Origin: Chloroflexota bacterium
Lineage (GTDB): Bacteria > Chloroflexota > Anaerolineae > JAAYEA01
Length of the DNA: 64,000 nucleotides
Direction: 5' to 3'
Assembly (NCBI GenBank): GCA_019873665.1
Contig: JAIOAV010000004.1
Span: 6,580-70,579 of the forward strand
Each line of letters starts with the position of its first letter. Positions within the stretch are counted from its first letter, which is position 1. This document shows, one piece after another, positions 40,048-50,820 of the stretch. Below the pieces are notes generated by a model. That model was not told where the DNA came from, searched no databases, and saw only the letters and a program-made list of their open reading frames with translations. Made by a program: the position numbers and the translations under genes.

Positions 40048-40794
40048 TTGGTCGCTGCGACATATCGCCCTGACAACACTGCTGCCTACCGCATGTCATA
40101 CGACGACCCATACCGCGAGCTGGAGCCACCAGCGCAGGAGATCGCGATCGTCCAGGAAGCGCTACAGCTCCTGCACCAGGTCGGAGTGCTTCCTCACACA
40201 CGCTATGACGAGCACAAGCTGCAAGCCTTTCGGCGTGCTGTCCAGGAGCAGTTCGAAGTTCCCTGGACAGCCATCACGCCGCGCATGCAGCGCCTGCTCT
40301 ATGCCATCAACGCTATCCACCAGCCCCAGAACATGATCGCCGCGGGGGTCTTTTGCGGGTTCACCTTCATCTGCAATGCCGGCGCAGCGGTGGGGCCAGG
40401 CGCGGTCTATACCGCGCAGCACCTGCTCGGCGTCGAGATCCGCCCCGCCGAGGCCGAACGTGCGGAGCGCAACGTGCGGCGGCTCGATCCCACCGGCGCG
40501 GCGCGCATCGTCGCTGCAGATGCTGTGGAGGTGGTAGCGCAATTCCCACACGACATCCACCTGCTTTACCTGGACGCCGATGGCGACCAGGGGCGCGGCA
40601 AGGGCATCTACCTGCAGATCCTGGAGGCGGGCTATGCCAAGATGCCGGAGGGAAGCCTCATTCTGGCGCACAACAGCGCCAATGGCGGCGCTCGCCTCAC
40701 GCCATACCTGGAGTACGTGCGCGACCCAGCGCACTGCCGCGCCAGCGTCAACGTGCTCTTGGACATTGAAGGGCTAGAGGTTTCAATCAAGTAA
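40048..40794 (+). CDS. Class I SAM-dependent methyltransferase-like protein
   Basis: GVFCGFT, LGVEI, ADAV, LLYLDAD, LILAHN pattern of O-methyltransferase folds. Confidence 0.6.
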   Translation: MVAATYRPDNTAAYRMSYDDPYRELEPPAQEIAIVQEALQLLHQVGVLPHTRYDEHKLQAFRRAVQEQFEVPWTAITPRMQRLLYAINAIHQPQNMIAAGVFCGFTFICNAGAAVGPGAVYTAQHLLGVEIRPAEAERAERNVRRLDPTGAARIVAADAVEVVAQFPHDIHLLYLDADGDQGRGKGIYLQILEAGYAKMPEGSLILAHNSANGGARLTPYLEYVRDPAHCRASVNVLLDIEGLEVSIK

Positions 40795-40811
40795 GGAGGA
40801 TATGCGACCCG

Positions 40812-41291
40812 ATGTCATCCGATCTCAGCGCGAGCGCCCGTCGCGTGCAAGAGACGCTCCAGAAACATGGGCTGGATTGCCAAGTCGTCGAACTGCCCAA
40901 TAGCACGCGCACCGCGCCGGAAGCAGCGGCAGCGGTCGGTTGCCATGTGGCGCAGATCGTCAAGTCGCTGGTGTTTCGCGGTCGTCACACCGACCGCCCC
41001 ATCCTGGTGGTCGCCAGCGGCGCGAACCGCGTGAACGAGCGTAGACTGGGTGAGCTGGCCGGCGAGCCGGCGGAAAAGGCAAGCGCCGACTTTGTCCGCG
41101 AGCGAACCGGTTTTGCCATCGGCGGCGTGCCGCCACTTGGCCATGCCGAGCCGCTGCTGACGTTCATAGATGAGGATTTGCTCCAGTATGACGAGATATG
41201 GGCGGCAGCTGGCACACCACACGCGGTCTTTTGCCTGACGCCGCAACAGCTAACGCAGATCACCAAAGGAGAAGTTACGCGCATCACCTAG
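40812..41291 (+). CDS. YbaK/EbsC aminoacyl-tRNA editing domain
   Basis: AQIVKSLVF, TGFAIGGVPP, WAAAG. Confidence 0.92.
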   Translation: MSSDLSASARRVQETLQKHGLDCQVVELPNSTRTAPEAAAAVGCHVAQIVKSLVFRGRHTDRPILVVASGANRVNERRLGELAGEPAEKASADFVRERTGFAIGGVPPLGHAEPLLTFIDEDLLQYDEIWAAAGTPHAVFCLTPQQLTQITKGEVTRIT

Positions 41292-41434
41292 CCACCCTCG
41301 CGCCACGGCCCAGGCCGCAACAAACCCCGTGCGCTCCAGTTGGAGTCCAGGTCAGAAACGCCTATACTAACAGCCGACAGCCATCGTCCGCGCGACCGGG
41401 CGATTCTGCCAAAACTCGTTGAGGAGATGCCCTA

Positions 41435-42397
41435 ATGCCACTGATGTTCGACATGCCTCTGGAGAAGCTATACACCTACCAGGGCCGGAATCCCCGCCCC
41501 ACCGATTTCGACGCTTTCTGGGATCGCGGCCTGGCAGAGATGCGGGCCATTGACCCCCAGGTGGAGCTCAAGCCTGCGCCTTTCCAGACCCCCTTTGCCG
41601 AGTGCCTGGACATGTTCTTTACGGGGGTGGGAAATGCGCGCGTGCATGCCAAGCTGCTGCGCCCACGTCATGCCCCCGCGCCGCATCCCGCCATCCTGAT
41701 GTTCCACGGCTATTCGGGAAACTCGGGCGACTGGTACGACAAGCTCGGCTATGTGGCGCGCGGGTACACGGTGGCGGCGTTGGATTGCCGCGGACAGGGG
41801 GGCCTATCGCAGGATAGTGGCGGCGTAGTGGGCACCACGCTGCGCGGTCACATCGTGCGCGGATTGGATGACAAACCGGAGAAGCTCCTCTTTCGCCAGA
41901 TCTTTCTCGACACGGCACAATTGGCCAAGCTGGTGATGGAGATGCCGGACGTGGACCCGGATCGCGTGGGGGCCACCGGCGGCAGCCAGGGCGGCGGTTT
42001 GACTCTGGCGTGCGCCGCGCTAGAGCCGCGCATTGCGCGCGCCGCGCCGGTCTTTCCCTTCCTCTCGGACTATCAGCGGGTGTGGGAGATGGATCAGGCC
42101 AAGGATGCGTATATAGAGTTGCAGCAATACTTCCGCCTCTTTGACCCGCGCCACGAACGTGAGGATGAGATATTCACCAAGTTGGGCTACATTGACGTGC
42201 AACACCTGGCAAATCGCATACGCGGCAAAGTACTGATGGCCACCGGCCTGATGGATACCGTCTGCCCGCCTTCGACGCAATTCGCCGCCTACAACAAGAT
42301 CCAATCTCCCAAGTCGCTTTCCATCTATCCGGATTTCGGGCACGAAGGCTTGCCGGGCAACGCGGATCGCATCTATGAGTTCATGGGCGAGCTGTAG
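41435..42397 (+). CDS. CE7 acetylxylan esterase/cephalosporin-C deacetylase
   Basis: [32 protein letters not shown]. Confidence 0.93.
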   Translation: MPLMFDMPLEKLYTYQGRNPRPTDFDAFWDRGLAEMRAIDPQVELKPAPFQTPFAECLDMFFTGVGNARVHAKLLRPRHAPAPHPAILMFHGYSGNSGDWYDKLGYVARGYTVAALDCRGQGGLSQDSGGVVGTTLRGHIVRGLDDKPEKLLFRQIFLDTAQLAKLVMEMPDVDPDRVGATGGSQGGGLTLACAALEPRIARAAPVFPFLSDYQRVWEMDQAKDAYIELQQYFRLFDPRHEREDEIFTKLGYIDVQHLANRIRGKVLMATGLMDTVCPPSTQFAAYNKIQSPKSLSIYPDFGHEGLPGNADRIYEFMGEL

Positions 42398-42426
42398 AAG
42401 GCTATGCCGCATATAGGAGGGGCGCG

Positions 42427-43251
42427 ATGTGGACGGTGAATCAGTCCGTCTCGTTTGATCGTCCGGCGCGCCAGTGGGTTTGGCGCGATGGCAGGCTCGT
42501 GGGCGCGGTGAACGTGGGCGAGCTGCGCGCCTATGTCTTTCCCTTGTACACGCCGCGCGGGCGGCTTGTGATCCAGGAGAGCCCGGTAGATCACCCACAC
42601 CACCAGGGGCTGACCGTCGGCGCGCAACTGAACGGCTGGGACATGTGGAACGCCGGGTCGTTCGGCATCCCGCGCAGCCGCCAGGTGGTGGTGCCGGACG
42701 AAAGCCATGCGACCGCCGATGCTACGGGCGCGCGCTTTCTGCTCATGCTGGATTGGACCACCGCCGGCGGCGTCAAGATGCTGCGGGAGCGAAGGGCGAT
42801 CACCTTTGCCGCCGCTGCCTACGGCCACATCGTTGACGTGCGCACTACGTTGATCGCGGCCTATGGCGATGTGCACTTTGCGCAAACCAAAGAGGCCGGT
42901 CTCTCGCTGCGCGTCCCGCCCGAGTGGGAGACGGCCAATGGCGGCATCATCCTCGACGCGCGCGGCAGGGTGGGCGAGAGCCAGATCTTTGACCAGCTCG
43001 CCGAATGGATTGACGTGAGCGGCGAGGGGCCTGCTGGGGTGTGGGCGGGCATCACGATGATGCCACATCGTCACTCTCCGGCGGTGCCATGGATGGTGCG
43101 CGACTATGGGCTGCAGAACTATGATCCATGGCGACACCAGCGCATCTCGTTGGCCGCCGGCGACACGCTGACGCTGGGCGTGCGCTATGTCGCGCACGAT
43201 GGCCGTGGCACAGTGGGTGACATCGCGGCGTGGTACAGAGATTGCCCCTAG
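42427..43251 (+). CDS. DUF6807/PmoA-like beta-sandwich protein
   Basis: YVFPLYTP.G...[20 protein letters not shown]. Confidence 0.65.
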   Translation: MWTVNQSVSFDRPARQWVWRDGRLVGAVNVGELRAYVFPLYTPRGRLVIQESPVDHPHHQGLTVGAQLNGWDMWNAGSFGIPRSRQVVVPDESHATADATGARFLLMLDWTTAGGVKMLRERRAITFAAAAYGHIVDVRTTLIAAYGDVHFAQTKEAGLSLRVPPEWETANGGIILDARGRVGESQIFDQLAEWIDVSGEGPAGVWAGITMMPHRHSPAVPWMVRDYGLQNYDPWRHQRISLAAGDTLTLGVRYVAHDGRGTVGDIAAWYRDCP

Positions 43252-43329
43252 ACGTGCGGGAAAGGAGCAAGGATGCGCCTGATGGGACACTGGTGACAGA
43301 TAGATTGCCCCTAGACGTGCGGGAAAGGA
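43239..43329 (+). repeat. 28-bp exact direct repeat, 63-bp period
   Basis: AGATTGCCCCTAGACGTGCGGGAAAGGA at 43239-43266 and 43302-43329. Confidence 0.9.
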
Positions 43330-43334
43330 ACAGG

Positions 43335-43835
43335 ATGAAAAGAGCGGTCTATGCGGGAAGCTTCGACCCGATCACAAACGGCCACCTCTGGATGATCGAG
43401 CAGGGCGTGCGGCTGTTCGACGAGCTGGTAGTGGCGATCGGCTCGAACCCAGACAAACGATACACCTTTACGCAGGCGGAGCGGATGACGATGCTACGCG
43501 AATCGCTGCAGCACCTGCCGCGCGTGCGCATCGAAAGCTTTGAGCGCCAGTTCCTGGTGCATTACGCACACTCCATCGGCGCGCAGTACATCCTGCGGGG
43601 CATCCGCAGCCAGGCCGACTATGAGTACGAGCGAGGTATGCGCCACCTGAACAATGATCTGCGCCCCGAGATCGTTACCGTCTTTCTCATGCCGCCACGC
43701 GAGATCGCGGAAGTCAGCTCTAGCATGGTGAAAGGATTGGTCGGGCCAGAAGGTTGGGAGGAGGTCGTCCGCCAGTACGCGCCGGCCGCAACCTGTCGTT
43801 TCCTGAGCAAGTTCGCGCGGGATAATGGCTTGTAA
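43335..43835 (+). CDS. coaD: Phosphopantetheine adenylyltransferase
   Basis: [24 protein letters not shown]. Confidence 0.95.
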   Translation: MKRAVYAGSFDPITNGHLWMIEQGVRLFDELVVAIGSNPDKRYTFTQAERMTMLRESLQHLPRVRIESFERQFLVHYAHSIGAQYILRGIRSQADYEYERGMRHLNNDLRPEIVTVFLMPPREIAEVSSSMVKGLVGPEGWEEVVRQYAPAATCRFLSKFARDNGL

Positions 43836-43852
43836 GAGTGCAAGGAGGCATC

Positions 43853-45205
43853 ATGCGCAATGAGGATCGGATCCAACCGTATGTCGGGAATCGGTTCTAC
43901 TGGCAGTACAAGGGAAAGCCGATCCTGCTGATCGGCGGCAGTGTGGAGGATAACCTCTTCCAGATCCCCAACCTGCGTGAGCACTTGGATCTGCTCGCCT
44001 CCGTGGGCGGCAATTACGTGCGGTGTACCATGTCCAGCCGCGACCCGGGGGATGTCTGGCCTTTTGCCCGCGACCCACAGACCGGCCTTTATGACCTGAA
44101 CAAGCCCAGCGAGGAATACTGGCGGCGCTTTGCCGAGTTTCTGGCGCTCACTGCGGAGCGAGACATCATCGCGCAGTTCGAGATGTGGGATCGCTTTGAC
44201 TTTAGCCGTGCCCCTTGGCAGGACAACCCGTACAACCCCAAGAACAACATCAACTATACCGCCGCGGAATCGGGTCTGATGGAGGAGATCAACACGCATC
44301 CGGGACGGCGGGAGAACGCCTTCTTCCGCTCTGTGCCCGCACTGGAGAACAACCAAGTGGTGCTCCGCTACCAGCAGATGCAGGTGGACAAGATGCTATC
44401 GCTATCCCTGCCCTACGGCCACTGCCTCTACTGCATGGACAACGAGACAAACGAGTCGCCCGAGTGGGGCAAGTACTGGTCGCTCTACATCCAGAGAAAG
44501 GCGGCAGAGCTGGGCGTCAGCGTGCAGACCACCGAGATGTGGGATGCCCATAGCGTACTCGATGACGAGCACCGCAACACCATTGACCATCCAGAGCTAT
44601 ACTCCTTCATTGACCTGTCTCAGAACAACCACCGGCCGGCCGACGAGCACTGGGAGAACCCACAACAGATACGGCGCTATCTCATTTCGTCCGGACAGGT
44701 GCGGCCGATGAACAGCGTCAAGATATATGGCGCGAACAGTGGCCAGTACGGCTCCACCCGAGACGCCCAGGAGCGCTTCTGGCGGAACATCTTTGGCGGG
44801 TTCGCATCCTCCCGCTTCCACCGCCCACCGTCCGGATTGGGGCTGAACGAGATCGCACGGGCGCACATCAAGTCTATGCGGATATTCACCAACGAACTGG
44901 ACATCTTCACCTGCGAGCCGCACAACGACTTGCTCAGGAACCGGAGCTGGAATGAGGCGTATTGCACGGCGCATCCTGGCGTCGAGTACGGGCTGTTCTT
45001 CCCCGACGGCGGCAACATCCTGCTTGATGTGTCGGCAGCGGGCGACAAGCCCTTAACCATCCGTTGGCTGGATATCCGCACCAGCCGGTGGACCGGACCC
45101 GCGGTGCCCATCGTCAGCGCCGACAGGGACGCCAGCGGCATGCTGCACGTCATCACGCCCAGCGAAGAGGGCTACTGGGCAGCGCATATCCGCACTGTGC
45201 CATAG
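43853..45205 (+). CDS. Glycoside hydrolase-like TIM-barrel protein of unknown specificity
   Basis: WQYKGKPILLIGGS, GGNYVR, DNET, C-terminal beta domain (IRWLD). Confidence 0.55.
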   Translation: MRNEDRIQPYVGNRFYWQYKGKPILLIGGSVEDNLFQIPNLREHLDLLASVGGNYVRCTMSSRDPGDVWPFARDPQTGLYDLNKPSEEYWRRFAEFLALTAERDIIAQFEMWDRFDFSRAPWQDNPYNPKNNINYTAAESGLMEEINTHPGRRENAFFRSVPALENNQVVLRYQQMQVDKMLSLSLPYGHCLYCMDNETNESPEWGKYWSLYIQRKAAELGVSVQTTEMWDAHSVLDDEHRNTIDHPELYSFIDLSQNNHRPADEHWENPQQIRRYLISSGQVRPMNSVKIYGANSGQYGSTRDAQERFWRNIFGGFASSRFHRPPSGLGLNEIARAHIKSMRIFTNELDIFTCEPHNDLLRNRSWNEAYCTAHPGVEYGLFFPDGGNILLDVSAAGDKPLTIRWLDIRTSRWTGPAVPIVSADRDASGMLHVITPSEEGYWAAHIRTVP

Positions 45206-45382
45206 ATAGGGCCACAGATACCGCTGGCGCGTGAGACCTGACCGTCACGCAGATCAGGCGGCATTGGCTTTTGGCGCTGACGAAAAGCCGAATATACTTG
45301 GGCTGCTGCCATGTCATTGGCAGTCCGACTGAACCCCGTCAGCGACGCATCTTTTTGCAGCTCGGAAGGGCAGGGAATAGCC

Positions 45383-45961
45383 ATGGCGACCCCTTATACA
45401 AGTATCAAGAGTGATGAGGCGCTGGCCACGGCTGCGGTCAGTGGCGAGAGCTGGGCATGGGATGCCCTGGTGGATCGCTACAAGGGCCTGGTGTATTCTA
45501 TCCCGCTGCGCGCCGGACTGTCGCCGGAGGATGCGAGCAGCATCTTCCAGACCGTTTTTGTGCGTTTGCTGCAGCACCTTCCTGCTATCCGGGAACCGCA
45601 AGGGCTGCCTGCCTGGCTGATCGCCACCACAAAGCGACTGAGCTGGCAGACGCTGCGTCGGCGGCATCCAGAGCCGGCGACGGAAGAGATCGCCGCCATG
45701 ATCGAGAAGGCGGAGGCGTGGCTATTGCACCCGCATCGCGACGAGGCGCTCTGGGTCGATCAGGCCCTAGTGCGCGACGCGATGGCACAGGTAGGCGATC
45801 GGTGCCGCACGCTTTTGCAGCTACTGTACTATGATCAGGAGGAACCCTCCTACGAGACCATCGGCCTGCAGATGCAGATGCCGGTGGAGAGTATCGGCCC
45901 GACTCGCGCGCGCTGCCTGCAGAAGATGCGCGAGATCCTACGTCGTATGGGAATGGGTTAA
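45383..45961 (+). CDS. ECF sigma factor
   Basis: [26 protein letters not shown]...[10 protein letters not shown]. Confidence 0.9.
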   Translation: MATPYTSIKSDEALATAAVSGESWAWDALVDRYKGLVYSIPLRAGLSPEDASSIFQTVFVRLLQHLPAIREPQGLPAWLIATTKRLSWQTLRRRHPEPATEEIAAMIEKAEAWLLHPHRDEALWVDQALVRDAMAQVGDRCRTLLQLLYYDQEEPSYETIGLQMQMPVESIGPTRARCLQKMREILRRMGMG

Positions 45962-45963
45962 GC

Positions 45964-47793
45964 GTGGCTCACTACCCTGTTAGCTTCGAGAACCTCGTGG
46001 ACTGGCTCGACGGGCGTCTGGACCCGGAGACGCGCCAGATACTGGAGGCGCACCTAGCAGAAGGGTGCGCAGAATGCGATGCGGCGCTGGCGTGGCTGCG
46101 TCGCGTGATCACCGCCATCACACTGGACGAGCTGGTTGACCCGCCACCAGCGTTGGTCACGCAGGTCAAGGCCGCGTTCAAGCCGGTTACAGCGCCGGTG
46201 GCCCCACGGCCAGTAGCGCCACCGGTGGCTGCTCCGACCAAGCCGCGCTCTTTTGCCTGGACCCCTGTGATCGTTCTGGCGGCGATCATGCTAGTGTTAG
46301 GGCTGAGTATAGTCTTCTTCCTCGCGCAGTGGCCCGGGCTGTCTGTCCAGCCCGCACGGCTGATTACGCTCGTCGGCAGTCCTGATGTCAGGCTTACCGC
46401 CGACGGCGAAACAGTACGCCCGGGTGGCGTGGTGGGTGAAGGCAGCGACCTTCGTGTAATCGGGGGCCAGGCGATCCTGACCCTCTTTGACGGCAGTATC
46501 CTGGAGATGCAGCCCAACGCGGAGATTCGCCTGACGACAATGCGCACTGGGCTATTCAAACAGCCCTACAAGATCAGCATTACCCAGCATTCTGGCGCGG
46601 TCCGGTACGAGGTTGCCGCACTGCCTAGCAGCCGCTCCAGTTTTCAGGTGCAAGGCCCAAACGCCCTGATTTCTGTGCGCGCCACCAGCTTCACGGTCAT
46701 TGTGCCCAGCGCGCTAGAGACGCAGGTCGAGGTTCGCAGCGGCGAGGTGCAGATGCTTGGCCTGGTGGATAGCGTGACCATCCGGGCGAACCAAATAGCG
46801 CTGGCAGTGGGAGGCGCGCCCATCCGCGTTCTCGGCGCCGCCGAAATTGTTGCCACACCGACACCCACTCCTACCTCCACACCACCTCAGACGGCGACAG
46901 CAACAGACACGGCGACCATCACCGCGACGCCAAGTGGCACGCTGTTAACAGCCACACCCACACAGACACCAACTGCCACAGGCACGTCAACGCCGACTGC
47001 AACCGCCACCGAGACCGGTACTGCCACGGGTACGCCAACCACCACAGAGACTGCCACCGTTACCGGCACGCCAACAGCGACAGCTACACCTTCGTCCACA
47101 CCAACCGAGACCGCGACGCCGCTGGCTACGGCGACAGTTACTTTGTCACCGACGGCAACAGACACCGCCACGTCGACGCCAACCGTGACGGCCACGCCGC
47201 AACCGATCAGTCAGAGCATGACCCTGCAATATGGCCTTGACGGCTACACGGGCACGGAGGATGTCAGCATTGTCTCCTGGGAGCCGGACGCCAATTTCGA
47301 CGGAGGAAGCAACGACACGATGCTGGTGCAGACGAACGACCAGGCGGCGGCACTGCTGCGCTTCGATCTGCTCAGCATCCCCACCAACGCTACGATCACT
47401 CGTGCCGTGCTAAGCCTCTATGCATTGGAACGCACTGGGCCGCAAGCCATTACCGTGGGCGCCTACGAGGCTTATCGGCCTTGGGCGGCAGCGCAAGCCA
47501 CATGGAACCAGGCAGCCGCGGGTACCCCCTGGGGCGCGCCGGGAGCCAACGACGTGACCAGCGATCGAGCGCCCGATCCGGAGCGTGACAACGTCATCCT
47601 CGCCGTGCCGCAGTGGTACAACTTTGATCTCACGCGTCTTGTGCAAAAGTGGGTACGAGATCCCAGCGTGAACTATGGGCTGATCTTCAAGGCGTTTGGC
47701 GATCCCACCAGCGTAAGATTTGTCGCCGCCGAACATGGCGGCCGCGACATCCACCCCAAGCTGACCATCGAGTATACTGTGCCAAGCCCGTAG
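45964..47793 (+). CDS. Putative anti-sigma: ZAS + TM + FecR-like + Pro/Thr stalk + DNRLRE-like domain
   Basis: HLAEGCAEC; [21 protein letters not shown]; FecR-like LFDGS...[11 protein letters not shown]; Thr/Pro repeats; LLRFDL..IP..A.I..A.L.LY, ATWN, NYGL, PKLTIEY. Confidence 0.8.
   Translation: MAHYPVSFENLVDWLDGRLDPETRQILEAHLAEGCAECDAALAWLRRVITAITLDELVDPPPALVTQVKAAFKPVTAPVAPRPVAPPVAAPTKPRSFAWTPVIVLAAIMLVLGLSIVFFLAQWPGLSVQPARLITLVGSPDVRLTADGETVRPGGVVGEGSDLRVIGGQAILTLFDGSILEMQPNAEIRLTTMRTGLFKQPYKISITQHSGAVRYEVAALPSSRSSFQVQGPNALISVRATSFTVIVPSALETQVEVRSGEVQMLGLVDSVTIRANQIALAVGGAPIRVLGAAEIVATPTPTPTSTPPQTATATDTATITATPSGTLLTATPTQTPTATGTSTPTATATETGTATGTPTTTETATVTGTPTATATPSSTPTETATPLATATVTLSPTATDTATSTPTVTATPQPISQSMTLQYGLDGYTGTEDVSIVSWEPDANFDGGSNDTMLVQTNDQAAALLRFDLLSIPTNATITRAVLSLYALERTGPQAITVGAYEAYRPWAAAQATWNQAAAGTPWGAPGANDVTSDRAPDPERDNVILAVPQWYNFDLTRLVQKWVRDPSVNYGLIFKAFGDPTSVRFVAAEHGGRDIHPKLTIEYTVPSP
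46850..47200 (+). repeat. Pro/Thr/Ala low-complexity linker
   Basis: About 115 codons of TPT/TAT repeats. Confidence 0.85.
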
Positions 47794-47915
47794 CGAGCTT
47801 CCGGACCGCCCGGCTCAGGCCGCGTGTCTCGTGTGCCCGTGCCTGCGTCGCCTGCCGACGCGATGATTGGACATTCATCTACCACTGATCCTGCACATGT
47901 GGTGGCAGGAGGGAA

Positions 47916-47957
47916 AGAGAAGACCCCGGGGATGCCAGATCCCCTGGGGTCTTCTCT
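47916..47957. terminator. Hairpin between convergent genes
   Basis: AGAGAAGACCCC-GGGGAT / ATCCCCT-GGGGTCTTCTCT. Confidence 0.6.
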
Positions 47958-48589
47958 CAATCGTAATCGGTCGGCCAGTCGGGATGGCGCAGGTGTTCGA
48001 ACAGCCTGGCGATTTCCGAGGGGGTCGTGCGAGGCAGCGAGAGCTCCGGCAGCGCATCCTCGGCGAAAAAGCCGACATCTGCTGTCTCGATGCTGCGCCG
48101 GGGTGCGCCGCCCAGCAGCTCGCAGCGGAAGAACACCTTGTAGATAGCATGCAACGAGGGCGGATGTCCGTGCAGGCTGCGATCCCAGAGCGCTAGCAGC
48201 TTGGTGGCGCGCACCTCATAGCCGGACTCTTCCAACACCTCGCGCTCGGCAGCGCGACTCGGCCGGTCGAACACATCCACCCAGCCGCCCGGCAACGTCC
48301 ACTTCATGTCGCGCCGCTCCTGCACCAGCAGGATCTTGTCGTCGGCAAAGACCACGCCGCGCACGTCAACCTTGGGTGTCGCGTAGCCCTTTTCCTCGTG
48401 AAAGAGGCCGCGCAGCCGCGCCACATCGTCATCCGCCTGCACAGCCAACATCTCGATAGCGATCTCACGCAAGGCCTCGTAACGCTCGCGGTCGAACGGC
48501 CCATCGCTATACGCCAGGCCGTTCTGCGCCAGCGCCTGAATCGTGCGCGCCCACTCCAGCCATTTGGGCTCCATTTGCTCGTCTTTCAC
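47957..48589 (-). CDS. NUDIX hydrolase with Nudix_N domain
   Basis: ALAQNGL..FDRERY, GYATPKVDVR, LPGG...AAEREVLEESG. Confidence 0.92.
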   Translation of the reverse strand: MKDEQMEPKWLEWARTIQALAQNGLAYSDGPFDRERYEALREIAIEMLAVQADDDVARLRGLFHEEKGYATPKVDVRGVVFADDKILLVQERRDMKWTLPGGWVDVFDRPSRAAEREVLEESGYEVRATKLLALWDRSLHGHPPSLHAIYKVFFRCELLGGAPRRSIETADVGFFAEDALPELSLPRTTPSEIARLFEHLRHPDWPTDYD

Positions 48590-48639
48590 AACGATGAACC
48601 GCGGGGCTCTTCCCTCGCCAGCCTCCGAGGCTCAATCCA

Positions 48640-49512
48640 TTACACTTTCAGGATGCGCGCCGCGTTTTGTCGCGCCACCTTGGCAAAGACTGCTGGGTCC
48701 AGGTTCAGGCTGCGTAGCGTATCTACCTGCGGCACGGCCTGCCCAGGCATGAGAAAGTCCGTGCCGAAGAGCACCTGATCCTGATGTCGCGTGACGAAAT
48801 CGCGCGCATATTCGGGATCGCGCGCCAGGCCGTTGTTGCCAGAACCGGCGGAGATGTCCGCGTACAGGTTAGGATACTCGGTCAACAGCCGATCCAGCGC
48901 ACCACCTGGCACGACAGGGCCCCTGGGGTAGCCGCTGCGGTACTCGGGGCGCATCTCCGCCGAGATCTCGGCCCAGAAGTGCGGCCCATGCCCTATGAAA
49001 ACCGTGTCGGGAAAGCGCTTGAGCATCCGCTCCAGGCCCAGCAAGCCAAGCTTGTCGCGACCAATCCAGTGATCCATATGTAGCATGATCGGCAACTCGA
49101 GTTTGCCGCACGCGCGGTAGATCACCTGGCTCAGCCGGCTGTTGATGGGCAGGCCCACCAGGAACTCGCCGAAACCCTTGCACCCTTGCGCCACGTACTC
49201 CTCCAGGATCGGCACCGGATCAAAGCGTCCCGGATAGCGATGGCGCGGATCCACGCTACAAAATGGGATAAAGCGATCGGGATGCTGCGCGCAGACTTTC
49301 AAGATCTCGGTTGTCGGCACATAAAAGTCGAGCTCCTCTGGCGTCTCGACCGCCAGGAGAACGCTCTTCTCGATCTCCAGCTCATCCATCTTGGCCAGGA
49401 GGATCTCCGGCGTGGCGGGCAGCCGTCCCACCATCAGCCGCCCGGTATGCATGTGAACGTCGATGAATGTCAAAATGGCCTCCAGGTGAGCCTTCAGCAT
49501 GTCAGCGATCAA
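48640..49512 (-). CDS. Amidohydrolase_2 family protein
   Basis: DVHMH, FCSVDP, GFGE, LH, GHG, ADIS, FGTD. Confidence 0.85.
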   Translation of the reverse strand: MIADMLKAHLEAILTFIDVHMHTGRLMVGRLPATPEILLAKMDELEIEKSVLLAVETPEELDFYVPTTEILKVCAQHPDRFIPFCSVDPRHRYPGRFDPVPILEEYVAQGCKGFGEFLVGLPINSRLSQVIYRACGKLELPIMLHMDHWIGRDKLGLLGLERMLKRFPDTVFIGHGPHFWAEISAEMRPEYRSGYPRGPVVPGGALDRLLTEYPNLYADISAGSGNNGLARDPEYARDFVTRHQDQVLFGTDFLMPGQAVPQVDTLRSLNLDPAVFAKVARQNAARILKV

Positions 49513-49554
49513 CCGTCGCTTTGCGGCTTCTGGCTGATCGCTGACCGCTGACTG

Positions 49555-50811
49555 CTATTTGTTCTTGAGATAGTAGTTGGCGACCTTGGCGACGCCGCCG
49601 GCGATGTCGCGCACGTCCTCTTCAGTCATGCCCTCGTTCCAGCTCGTCACAAAGGTCGTGCTGAGGAACTGCATCGTGCCCGGATAGTCCTTGTCCTCAT
49701 AGGTGATCCCCTGGCGCGCCTGCGGCAGCGTCCACGGAATGCCAGACGTGCCAAACGTTTTGCGCTCCTTGATCACCGGGTAGTCAAAGATCGGGTTGGG
49801 GATATAGCCGACATGGAAGGGCATCCCCTCCGCCTGGAGCGCCGCGGCGAAATCCTGCGGCGAGACGCCCAACACCTTCTCCTCAATGGTGAAGGAAAAG
49901 ATCCACCAAGACGGATTCGTGCCGGGAACTAGGTATGGCGGACGAATGCCGGGGATGTCGTCCAGCATCTCGGCCAGCATTTCTGCGGTATGGCGGCGAC
50001 GTGCGACGATCTCGTCCAGCTTGTGCAACTGCGCCAAGCCCACTGCGCCCTGCAGCTCCGTCAGGCGATAATTAGGCCCCAGGAACAGATGCCCCCGCTC
50101 GCCAGTGCCACGCGGCCAGCCCTTGTCCGCAAAAAGCCGCGCCCGATACGCCAGTTGATCGTTGTTCGTGATGATCATACCGCCGTCGCCAGTGGTCATC
50201 TGCTTGGACTGCTGGAAGCTAAAGCAGCCGATATCGCCGATCGTGCCCGCCAGATGACCCTTGTACTCCGACAGATGCGCCTGCGCGCAGTCCTCGATCA
50301 GCCAGAAGCCCTTCTCGCGCGCCAGAGCGCGGATCGGATCCATGTCGCACATCTGGCCGAAGAGATGCACGGCGATGATGGCCTTGGTCTTGGGCGAGAT
50401 CTGCTTGGCGATCGTCTCCGCCGTGACGTTGCCGGTGCGCGGGTCCACATCCGCAAAGATCGGCACGAGATTGCACATCAGGATGGCGATGACCGTGCCC
50501 ATGTCGGTAACGGTGGTCGTGATCACCTCGTCGCCCGGCTCCAGATTGAGCGCGCCGACTGCCACGTGCAGCGCCGCCGTGCCGGATGTCGCGGCGACGG
50601 CGTGTTTGGTGCCATACTTGGCCGCAAACTCAGCCTCGAGCTGCGGCACTTTGGTGCCGCCAACCCGATTCAGGCTGCCGGATTGGATCACCTCAGTCAG
50701 GAGCTGGATCTCCTCCTGGCCAAACATGCGACCCGACGCATTCCCCACCGAGGGCCAGGGCTTGGTGCGGTACTTTTCCCCGCCGTGAATTGCCAATTTC
50801 GACTCTGTCAC
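49555..50811 (-). CDS. DegT/DnrJ/EryC1/StrS PLP aminotransferase
   Basis: SGTAALH, IEDCAQA, FSFQQSKQMTTGDGG, NYRLTE. Confidence 0.93.
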   Translation of the reverse strand: MTESKLAIHGGEKYRTKPWPSVGNASGRMFGQEEIQLLTEVIQSGSLNRVGGTKVPQLEAEFAAKYGTKHAVAATSGTAALHVAVGALNLEPGDEVITTTVTDMGTVIAILMCNLVPIFADVDPRTGNVTAETIAKQISPKTKAIIAVHLFGQMCDMDPIRALAREKGFWLIEDCAQAHLSEYKGHLAGTIGDIGCFSFQQSKQMTTGDGGMIITNNDQLAYRARLFADKGWPRGTGERGHLFLGPNYRLTELQGAVGLAQLHKLDEIVARRRHTAEMLAEMLDDIPGIRPPYLVPGTNPSWWIFSFTIEEKVLGVSPQDFAAALQAEGMPFHVGYIPNPIFDYPVIKERKTFGTSGIPWTLPQARQGITYEDKDYPGTMQFLSTTFVTSWNEGMTEEDVRDIAGGVAKVANYYLKNK

Positions 50812-50820
50812 AGGAACCTC

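Noticed and set aside
42427-43251. PmoA-like label as evidence of methane oxidation
   Set aside because: The protein is soluble with no TM helices and there is no pmoB or pmoC; the family name is misleading.
43239-43329. 28-bp repeats with a 35-bp spacer as a minimal CRISPR array
   Set aside because: Only two copies, no cas genes, the repeat overlaps a CDS end and RBS, and similarity extends into the flanks as expected for a duplication.
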